A stretch of 64,000 bases of DNA from Trichoplax adhaerens (taxonomy: Eukaryota; Animalia; Placozoa): assembly GCF_000150275.1 (NCBI RefSeq), contig NW_002060943.1, positions 7,510,066 to 7,574,065 of the forward strand, in the 5' to 3' direction. Both the position numbers and the translations under genes were made by a program. The notes below the pieces were generated by a model, which ran no database searches, was not told where the DNA came from, and worked only from the letters and a program-made list of their open reading frames with translations. Shown in pieces: positions 39,985-51,100 of the stretch (the first letter of the stretch is position 1; each line of letters opens with the position of its first letter).

Positions 39985-41160
39985 GCAGACGAAATGTGCA
40001 GCCATGGACTACTACTACATCGGCGAATATGGAGTAGTCCATGGCAAAGTAAGACCGGAGATAAACACCAGTGGATTGCATAAGAATATTTGATGGATCC
40101 ATTCGATTAGATGGACCTACTCTATTTTGCCATATCCTATCTACTGTGCAATAGAGTGTCATCAAAACATAGAGGTCTGATCAAGAAGCTGTACTATACT
40201 CGTGTAGTATGCCATAGAAGGCTGGAGTTTCAATAACAGCCATTCAAGTCATGGAGCACTAATAAAAGTATCCCAGTCTATACTTGCATACTTGCAGAGC
40301 AAGTAAAAGAAAAGAGGGATCAATTGGATATAACAGACCGACGTCTAATCCAATTGATCCTATTTGATGAGTATCAACGCTTGTATACGAAATGTGCAGC
40401 TGTGGGCTAGTCAATATTGACCGGCGAATGAATTGATTGAGTTTATGGTTCAGCACGGTAAGACCAGAGAGATCAGCAGCAGTGGATTGCATAAGAATAT
40501 TATCGATAACGACATAAGTTTCGACGTTTATACAGCCAATGTGTGCAGCCATGGACTACTCCATTTACCGGTAAATAGAATAGTCCATGGTGTAGCACAG
40601 TAAGAGCGAAGAGATCAACACTAGTGGCTTGTATAACAATATTATCGATGATGACATGAGTTTCGACGCTTGCACAGCCAATGTGTGCAGCTATGGACTA
40701 CTGCATTTAGCGATAAACAAAGTAGTCCATGGTGTAGTACAGTAAAACCCAAGAGGTAAATAGATCGGCAGCAGTGGATTGCATAAAAATATTGTCGATG
40801 ATGACATGAGTTTTAACGCTTGTCCAGCTAATGTGTGCAGGCATGGACTACTGCATTCAGCGGTGAATAGAGTAGTCCATGGTGTAGTGTAATCAACACC
40901 AGTGGCTTGCATAACAATATTGTCGATGATGACATGAGTTTCGACGCATTTGCAGCCAATGTGTGCAGCCATGGACTACTGCATTCAGCGGTCAATAGAG
41001 TAGTCCATGGTGTAATATATTCAACACCAGTGGCTTGCATAAGAATAATGTCGATGCCATGGACTACTGCATTCACCGGTGAATAGAGTAGTCCATGGCG
41101 TAGTAGAGTAGAATCAACAGCATTAGCTTACATAAGAATATTTTATTGATGACGCCATCT
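39985..41160. repeat. Array of ~90-150-bp units, each containing the inverted repeat CCATGGACTACT...AGTAGTCCATGG
   Basis: Hairpin copies lie near 40001, 40548, 40690, 40840, 40968 and 41056. Confidence 0.9.
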
Positions 41161-41924
41161 AAATGTTTCTACAACTTTTACAGCACAGTATGAAATTGGA
41201 CCGAGAGATGAACTCCAAGCGTTGGACTATGGACATTAGCCGATCCCGTCACGTCGACATGGAGTCCAGATCGCCATGGCCGATTGTACTGAACTGGATC
41301 AACCCTAACCCTAACCGATGCTATCCAATGGCATAGACTACGACAAATGGCTACCTAGTTATTTTCCAGTAGTCCATCTCCATGTCGATCCTTCCAGTTA
41401 ATGACTAAAATGATCTCGAGCAGCGTAAACTAATCGATTTTTGCATTTTCGGCGAGATCGATTTGCCCTTGGCTATTGAATTTTGTACCGTGGCTCTGAC
41501 TACCAAGTCCAATCTGGGAGCTGATAGTGGCGTCTAGTGTGTTATGGACTGAGCTATACACTAGACTACCAGATAGAGCAAGGTTTATGGCTAGGCTATG
41601 GATTTGGAATTTCAGGCCTGGTCTAAATCGACTTATTTTACCTCCAAACCGGCACCTCTAGTCGATCGTGGAAAACCATGGCATGCAGTCTATTGATAGT
41701 TAACCTACTTGATCGACTATCCACGCGATAGGCAATCGTATGGAAAAGAGCAATGACTGAAAAAATGGCCTTGCCTCCATCCAACAGCCATACCATCACC
41801 ACTTCAACATGAGCAAATTGGCTATACTGAGCCTAGAATAACCTCGTAGACGATCCATTTTGACCTCAAAGTCATCAAGGACTGGAAAGGAAACGCCTGA
41901 TTGCTGCGTTAGCTGCTCGAGTTC

Positions 41925-43340
41925 AAGCGTGGATCAAGAAAGATTCAACATGGATGCGGTAAGTTGAGCATGATTATAGACAGAAATGAGCCAATTCACT
42001 TGTGTAAGGGGATTAATAGGGACCAAAACAGTCTTGATAGCACACTGGTGATGAGTGCAACTTTCCTTGATGATATTCATTCGGATTGTGTGAGCATGTC
42101 GTTTTCTTCTTCTTCAAGCGTGCATCAAGAAATATTCAACATGGATGCGGTAAGTTGAGCATGATTATAGACAGAAATGAGCCAATTCACTTGTGTAAGG
42201 GGATTAATAGGGACCAAAACAGTCTTGATAGCACACTGGTGATGAGTGCAACTTTCCTTGATGATATTCATTCGGATTGTGTGAGCATGTCGTTTTCTTC
42301 TTCTTCAAGCGTGCATCAAGAAATATTCAACATGGATGCGGTAAGTTGAGCATGATTATAGACAGAAATGAGCCAATTCACTTGTGTAAGGGGATTAATA
42401 GGGATCAAAACAGTCTTGATAGCACACTGGTGATGAGTGCAACTTTCCTTGATGATATTCATTCGGATTGTGTGAGCATGTCGTTTTCTTCTTCTTCAAG
42501 CGTGCATCAAGAAATATTCAACATGGATGCGGTAAGTTGAGCATGATTATAGACAGAAATGAGCCAATTCACTTGTGTAAGGGGATTAATAGGGATCAAA
42601 ACAGTCTTGATAGCACACTGGTGATGAGTGCAACTTTCCTTGATGATATTCATTCGGATTGTGTGAGCATGTCGTTTTCTTCTTCTTCAAGCGTGCATCA
42701 AGAAATATTCAACATGGATGCGGTAAGTTGAGCATGATTATAGACAGAAATGAGCCAATTCACTTGTGCAAAGGGATTAATAGGGACCAAAACAGTCTTG
42801 ATAGTACACTGGTGATGGTGATAGCACACTGGTGATGAGTGCAACTTTCCTTGATGATATTCATTTGGACTGTGTGAGCATGTCGTTTTCTTCTTCTTCA
42901 AGCGTGCATCAAGAAATATTCAACATGGACGCAGTCAGTTGAGCATGATTGAAGACAGAAATGAGCTAATTTACTCGGGCAAGGGGGTTAACAGGGATCA
43001 ACAGTCTTGATAGTACTCTGGTGATGGTGATAGCACACTGGCAATGAGTACAACTTTGCTTGATGATATTCATTTGGACTGTGTGAGCATGTCGTTTTCT
43101 TCTTCTTCAAGCGTGCATCAAGAAATATTCAACATGGACGCGGTAAGTTGTGCATGATTGCAGACAGAAATGATTCACTTGTGCAAGGCGGTTAACAGGG
43201 ATCAACAGTCTTGATAGCATACTGGTGATGGTGATAGCACACTGGCGATGACTGCAACTTTGCTCGATGATATTATTTTGAACTGCGTTAGTGTGTCGTT
43301 TTCTTCTTCAAGCGTAGATCAGGAAATATTCAACAGGGTC
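41925..43340. repeat. Satellite, 191-bp unit, ~7 copies (first four nearly identical)
   Basis: Identical ORFs at 42086, 42277 and 42468 are spaced 191 bp apart. Later copies carry a ~20-bp internal duplication. Confidence 0.97.
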
Positions 43341-43410
43341 ATCAAAGTTGTGCGCCCAGTCCGATCATGGCGTTTGGACATGATAGGATTGCAGCTACTA
43401 TCCTTGCTCA

Positions 43411-43460
43411 NNNNNNNNNNNNNNNNNNNNNNNNNNNNNNNNNNNNNNNNNNNNNNNNNN
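43411..43460. other. Assembly gap (50 N)
   Basis: Run of N. Confidence 1.
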
Positions 43461-43465
43461 GATAA

Positions 43466-43815
43466 GTAAGATCAGATCGGTAACCATTTTGAACGCTTTT
43501 GCTCTAGACTAGTGGAAAAGGAACGTGTTCGTTTGATACACTATTCAGGTATTATTCTTTGTCGTGCTGCACAAGTCCATTTAGTAGGGTGATCGAGCCA
43601 AGCTTAAAACTGTGATGTTTTATTTTTCCCTTATCTTTGCACACATCAAATCATTTTCCCTAGATGATTATGATTAGATTGGAATATGTAAGATCAGATC
43701 GATTAGTAGCCGCTTGTTTTTATTCTTTTTGCTCTATACTACTGTAGTGGAAAAGGAACTTGTTAGTTTTATACGGTATCCCAGGTATTAGTCTGCTTGT
43801 CATGCACACAAGTAA
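43466..43815. repeat. Degenerate direct duplication, ~220-bp period
   Basis: gtaagatcagatcg...tttgctcta...agtggaaaaggaac.tgtt...caggtatta...cacaagt occurs twice. Confidence 0.75.
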
Positions 43816-45178
43816 AACGTAGATTGAACATTACAGAGTCCATTTTTTCTATCGTAGAAATATATTCTCCTCAAAAACCATTATTGATCTTAATCTGGAT
43901 GACCCAAATCATTATCGAATAGTACTATACATTGTATACAATCAATGGAAGGGGATAACATTCGAAGCCATTCTCTCTTTCTCTTTCCTACATGTTGTTA
44001 TACTGTAGATGGATTGATTGGATATGGGATTCAGTGGCTAGTCGATGGTAGTACCCGATGCTCAAGGCTATTCTACATTTTAAGCTAACCATCTTTCTAG
44101 TAATAGACACGGAGATCGATATCGTATTGAATAAATGATACTTCAAACCCTGTAGGGTTAATCATTTAAATCATAGCTGTCTTATACACTGCAAGACATC
44201 AGCTAATTTACTGTAGCTTAGTGGTAAAACGTGATAGTACAATAGGAGGTTAAAATTCCTAGCATCTCTCCATATCCTTCCTCTCACGTACTGTATATTG
44301 ATTTATCATGACAGAGATTCTACAAGGGTAGAATACCTTTCCATCGCCTTTATTGCTTTAATGGAAATTAGCTTCAAATATGACATGCAGGGATGACTGT
44401 ACTGATGATGACAAGATACTCAAATGATGATTTGCAGTAGCACCTTGAGAAGCTTGAAAGGGATAGGATAGCATTCGTAGCAGTAATTTCTCTCGAGATG
44501 AATTCTATGCAGTACTGTATACACTATACTGTAACTCTGCTGTTTCTATCATATTGCACAATTTACTTTCAAATGAGAGACATTAATCAAAAGGACATCC
44601 ATCTAATCACCTTGATCAAAGTCACCAGCGAACAATATTACAAAATAGGATCGACATCATTGGCAGTTATTGACCTAAATAGAAATTGCTATTCATCGTT
44701 ATATGCTTTTCTACCAAAGAACGATATGACTTTGCTGCTAATGTGAAAATAGGTGGTCCGTCATTTTCTCTATCATCGACCCTGTCAAGACTTTTAATCA
44801 ATTTTACGCTATCATGGCTTCACTTCGTTTACAGAATGAACTGTTGTAGCTCTACTAGACTTGCAATGCTACAAATTAGATTGCTCTTTATATTTTATAT
44901 CGATCAATATCTAAAAAATGTCAAAGATGGAAAGGTGTTCTTCTCAGTCACTTGACAAGTTTTCCTATCTCTATGCTACTAAGGTTTCTGCTATCGTAAC
45001 CACTTCATGAAATGAAATATTAGTAGGGAATCGAAATGGACCATCGCATTACTTGAATCAATTCTCTTGACACTCTTTTATCTCGTCACATTTCATAATT
45101 TTAACTCTTCAGATATTACCATGTCCATTGTTTGCGAAATATAAATATTGAATCATCAACTATTTCATTTTATCACAG

Positions 45179-47871
45179 AATCAAGGAATTCTGATTGCCG
45201 TTGGTGCTGTGATTGTCACTTTAATTATTTACAGCATTCTTATTACACCTGGAAAGAAATCCTCTCCAGTTGCGTTAGATCCAACCAAGAAAATCCCCTT
45301 TAAAATGATTGAAAAGGAGGTAGGCACCTGCTTTCATTTACCATAACCAGTTTCTATATTTCGTCTGTCGTATTCTAAATATAATTTTATGCGCGCAGCT
45401 TATATCTACGTTATCTTTTAGTAAACTATGATGGGCTTCATATCGACTAGGATTTTTCTATTTTGCCCTAGAACCATGTCAATTAAAAATGGAATACATT
45501 ACTTTATGCTTTAAAGTCTTTGCAAATGCTCCAAGTTTTACGGTAGTATTACACCACTTTAAGTTTAAGCAAGATTGTTTTCGCTAGCTTAACTAACCTA
45601 GTATAGACAGGATAATGGGCATTCTGTCAAGCCTTGCTGCATAATTTTGTAGAAAAATAAATCATTTGTCGCCAGTAGCGTAATGGTAATAGCGTTTGCA
45701 TTTTCATTCTCAAAAGCAGTTTGAAAACTTTAAACGTGCAATCTACAAGTCTATGGCAGCTTATATATTATAGTCGAGTAGTTTTCGCTAGTCGAATACA
45801 GACTGCAATGCATTCTCTCAGCTTTGCTGCGTAGTGGTAGAAGAAGAATGGAAATGATTTCATTGTTGTAACGGAAGTAGTATTTCCATTTTCTATCAAG
45901 TCCTCCAATATCCTTCGCAATTACTTTACTAATCTATTTTCACACTTTGTCAGTTAATTACACCAAAAAACGTTTAGACAATAGCCGTTTATAATCAAAT
46001 GTAGCCATCGAAATATTTCTAATATGGTGATGATGACATTTCTAATAGAATATTAGCCATGACACCAGACGCTTCAGATTCGCTCTGCAAAGTCCAGATC
46101 ATATCTTGGGATTGCCGATAGGTTTGTTTATTCTCTTGATAATGTATAATGTATTTATTGCGGTATTTACAACTTTAACTGCTGCTAAAATTAGTATATA
46201 ACTATCATCGTCAATATTCAATTGATTAACGACTTGGTACTTTTAATTTTACTTTTTTGAAATTACTTATAACAGTCTAACAGTCTACGGATGTATTCAA
46301 GTCAAATTATTGTGCTGTTTATGTCAACATTCATTAACCCTTATTTCGATGTCCTATCGCAATAGGTCAGCATATGTATCTCAGTGCTGTTATCGATGGC
46401 GCTTTGGTAGTTCGTCCTTATACCCCAGTATCTTCTGATGATGACGTTGGCTATTTTGATCTGGTTATTAAGGTAGAAAGATATATAATGAGGCTATATA
46501 GCTTCAGCAGTCTTACTTGCATCATCATCCCCATAACTTGAAATAAAGGAAACTTGTGCTAAATTTATTTGCCAACGAAAAATTAATAACAACGAGTGGC
46601 AAGTTTCAATGAAAGTTTACAAAACCCTTTTATCTTTGTTATCGAACAGATCTACTTCAAAAATGTACACCCAAAATTCCCTGATGGAGGTAAAATGTCA
46701 CAATATTTAGAATCGATGAAAATTGGTGACACAATTGATGTACGCGGACCAAGTGGAAAAGTAACATATTTGGGTCGAGGTAAGATATAATCATGATGGA
46801 AAGAATGCATTTATTGCGTTCTTGTACGAATCAGTGTAGATTAAAAGTGATCAATTCTTATATGTACTTACGCACTTGCATATTTAAACGGATGATTTAT
46901 TTATTAGCGTAATAAAATGATAGCTTTACTTCCCGTAAGCAACCTTTACCCCACTATAGTCCACAACATCTGAAATGCTCTATATTTATTAAATGATTGC
47001 AATTGTAGGCAAATTAAGCATCAAAGAAAGTCCTAAAAAAGATGCTGTAATCAAGAATGTGAAAAAATTAGGATTAATCGCTGGAGGAACTGGTAAATTT
47101 CTTATTATGTAATACAAGAGTACAAGCTGTAATCTTTACTACGCTTTGAAATCACATCAAAAAAATGTCGACTGCAGAGTAGACAACTTGATGACATTTA
47201 TCTATCTTGTCTGATTGCGTTTGTAAACTATTCGATACGTGAATAGACTTGCCTAAAAATTAGTAATACGGTAGTAACCGTCAACATAGATAGCAATTTA
47301 ACCCTATTCTACCTTACAGGCATTACTCCAATGCTGCAAATTATTAGAGCTGTCTTGAAAGATCCCGAAGATAAGACTGAATTATCACTCTTATTTGCAA
47401 ATCAGGTAATGTGCGATGTATTAATGTTATTACGACATCGTCATGAACTGAGATTATATAGCAAATCTTTTCTAATGAATATGATAATATACTGAAATAT
47501 TAGACTGAGAATGACATCCTACTTCGTGACCATTTGGAAGAAATTTCTCAACAGCATCCTAACGTCAAGGTCTGGTATACCTTAGATAGACCTCCGCAAG
47601 GCAAGTTCAATATTTTCATTTCAAGTAATAGACTCTTCAGGCTACCCGCAGACTATAATAGATTAATCATTTCGTTATATCACTATCCTATAAATTAGAT
47701 TGGCAATATAGCTCTGGGTTTATTAATGACGACATGCTTCGCGAGAGGATGCCAGCACCAGGGCCTAGCACACAAATTCTGATGTGTGGTCCACCTCCAA
47801 TGATCAAATTTGCTTGTTTACCAAATTTGGAGAAATTAGACTACAAGGAATCGATGTACTTTGCATTTTAA
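45179..47871 (+). CDS. CYB5R: NADH-cytochrome b5 reductase (CYB5R1/2/3-like) with N-terminal membrane anchor; first coding exon upstream not firmly located (candidate ends ~44934)
   Basis: [100 protein letters not shown]. Confidence 0.93.
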
Positions 47872-48187
47872 TGCTGCTATTGTTTTCATGCTCTAATTAC
47901 ATTAATTATTATTCATTAACAAAATCATCTGTTTATCATTCATGACATTCACAATGGGGCTTGATTTCAAATAAAACTTTACTCAATATGCAATTAAATT
48001 GATTTGCGTTCTTCGTTCTTTTACAATGAATAACGGTTGTTTCTTAGTTTTTATTAATTAACAAGGTAGAGTAGGTTAAAAATAGATGAAATTTCGCCTT
48101 AAAAAAATTTTACAGTGTATTTATATCATGAATACCAATTTTACATTGTCATCTGCACTAGTGAATAAAACATGCATTCTATTTCCA

Positions 48188-51100
48188 TCACTGTTTGTTG
48201 CCTTTTTTCTTAAATTTTTTCTCTTTATTCTTGGATTTTTTGGTTTTGGGGGCCTTGATGTACCAAAGAACCAAAAGATTATTAAATTTATTGAAATTAG
48301 ACTAATTAGCGTTCTTATACTCACCAAATGGTTGGTTTTGCTGTCGTTATTTCTAAAATTGAAATAAATATGCTTTAAGTTCTTTAGCACTCGATGCAAG
48401 TACTCGTAGCATTGTATAGAATTAACATGAATAGATTGCCTACAACTTACATTTTGCTAATAAATTATGTTTATTTGAATCACACACCTTTTAATACTAA
48501 CTAATCCGATTGGCTTTTCTTTTGGAAGGGCATCTTGCCATTCACTTTCCTTTCCCGCTATAGAGTATCTAAGAGATTTAATCCAATGTGGCTTACAATT
48601 AACTATAATTAAAATCTAGTAAACAAGAGTAGAGCAATTCGTCCATCTTTTATAACTATACAGTATGCATATACTGTATATGTCTGAACAATAATCATTT
48701 CAAAAAACTCTACTCACTCGCTTAGATTGATATTTTCCAGTTGTTTAATGTTATCGTTCTTCTTAGTTTCATAATCAACTGCTGCTTCGGTCTATAATTT
48801 AAAAAACAGAAATATTTTAATACTCGTACATAATTTGCTGTACGCTACGAACATCTATTATTATACATTACTAACCAGCTCTTCTTTTAGAGTTTTAATA
48901 ACAGGTTTCATATCTGCAACAAACGAATCGTCTTCGTTTATTTGCTTAGAGAGGTCTGCCACTTCTATTTCATTGAAATGATTTACAATCTTTCTTATAG
49001 TTCTATTAAATAGACCAAGCAGTTGCGTTGAAGGTAGGCTCAGTTCTTTCTACCATATCAAATTAGAAATATTCATAGAGTTAATTAACGCTGTACGTTT
49101 TATTCATCATATCATTGTCACAATATTTATTTCACTTCAGGTACCTCTAATTCGTCAATAGTTTTGCGTTGCAATCCCAGGCCTAAAAGTATTGCCTGCA
49201 GGTGTTGAGATTAGTTTTAGATAGGCAACAACAAAGCGGCTGGATGTACCAATTATAAAAATTTGTTTTATAAGTGATTAATCTATACTATTAAGCCTAC
49301 CGCTTGAACGGAAGATAAATTGAATTCAAAGCGATCTGTGAAATAGAGTTTGGCAACTGTGGGTGGAGATAAAGAAACATTATCATATTGAGATAAATCG
49401 TCATACTTTTTTGTACAAGAGCATTCACGTTCATCAAAAAGTGCGAAACAATAAGTGATACTTACTACTTGGCAGCAAATCGGTTACCAAGTGATAATCA
49501 GCCATTTTACGAGAATATATATCCAACCTTTTCAAATCATATTTGATAAAAATCGATGAAAGCTCAGCCGGCGTAATTGCTATATCGGGAAAATTAGATA
49601 TGCGAATTTAGTCTCGGGCCATTCTGATTTTTATAAACAGACATAAGCTATCAACATTTTGTCAGTATATACCTTTGTAGGAACTTTGTAATTGTTCTCT
49701 CTTCGATAAAACACTAAGTCCTAAACCAGGTAAAAAGTTTCGAAACTGATACGACAGCAGTGTTAAGAATCTTTTCCTAAAATCTAAGTTTAAAAATAAT
49801 ACAATATCAATAATTAGAATCCAGTTCTAGAAGCATGGACAGTTATTGAAACATGTTTTAAATCTTACCTTCCCAGTATGCTTTTAGCCATCTCATATTT
49901 GGATTATTTTCCACATCTTGATATAATACTTTCAGCATAATGCAACTGTGTTCTCCAGTAAGATCGTTCTAGTAATTAATGTATACTGCACATCAACTCA
50001 CGTAATAACCTAATTTGCTAAGATCCCTCAATTTCATATTTTTACATACCGGTGTTTGCCGAATATATACCGGTACATAACCAGATTTTGTCCAAAATCT
50101 ATTTCAACAGATATCATGATTAATGAATTGAAGAAATTATCTGTACTGTAAGATAGTACTACAAACCTTAATAATTGATTTGTGAGACCATATGAAACAC
50201 CAAGGTAATCTAACTTTGGAGCTTTACATTCAGTTAAATTACTTAAAAGTGGTGGTAGACCTGATCTTGGTTTGATGACTTCATCCAACAAGCTCACACC
50301 ATCATCCTAATCGTGATATTAATAATAAGTTACCATAAATTTATCCGCGGCGATTTCCTTTTTGCAAATCATATTGTAAAATGTAGTATCATTGCTATTT
50401 CAACAAAATCGCTGTATATTTACATCGACATTTTTAAATTGATGATCTGTGGCCGTAGTTTCATTAAATTCTTCATCTTGTAATAAGTCGGAAAATCTAC
50501 CTTCATAAAATTCTTGCAATAAGTGGAGAGCTCGTGCACCATAGCCCAGCTAAGAAATGTCACATCATAGATTAGAATCAACGAAATGCTATTTACCGGT
50601 AAATATATATTAAAATGTGACTTACGCCTTGCAAATCTGGATGAGTAGCAATTCGTATTACTCGAGCACCGGATAGGGAACCAAAGTTATAATCTTGAAA
50701 CTGTTGGGATATTGTCCATGGAATCATATCGCCAGATGCTCGTTTACCTTGCGACAAACTATTCATAACTAAATGCTTTGATATCCCACCTTCAAGGCAA
50801 ACCTTGTTTTGTTAATCAAATATTTATGATCATTATCTTCAGGGAATAATTATTTTGACACAATTATCTATTTCATCAAATCATTCATAACTAGTAAATC
50901 AGACCTGAATAACACATAAAATATCAGGCAAAGTCTTGCTCTTTTCAATCGATGGACCAAGAAGACAAAATAAATGATGTGCTGGTGCATCAGAAAGCAT
51001 TTGTAGGTCATTAGGGGTATTCTGATAAATACGAAGAAGATAATCATTGTCAATCAATGGTGAAGTAAAATAATATTTAAGCTATACTAATCCTAATAAG

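Noticed and set aside
39839-41076. Minus-strand ORFs (MAAHIGC..., TTPWTTLF...)
   Set aside because: They derive from the hairpin repeat, and the frames are not maintained between copies.
41964-43469. Repeated 64-87 aa ORFs
   Set aside because: By-products of the 191-bp satellite. The unit length is not a multiple of 3 and there is no recognisable domain.
48086-48399. Overlapping 92-93 aa ORFs on both strands
   Set aside because: Off-frame or antisense read-through of the last two NAT10 exons and their intron.
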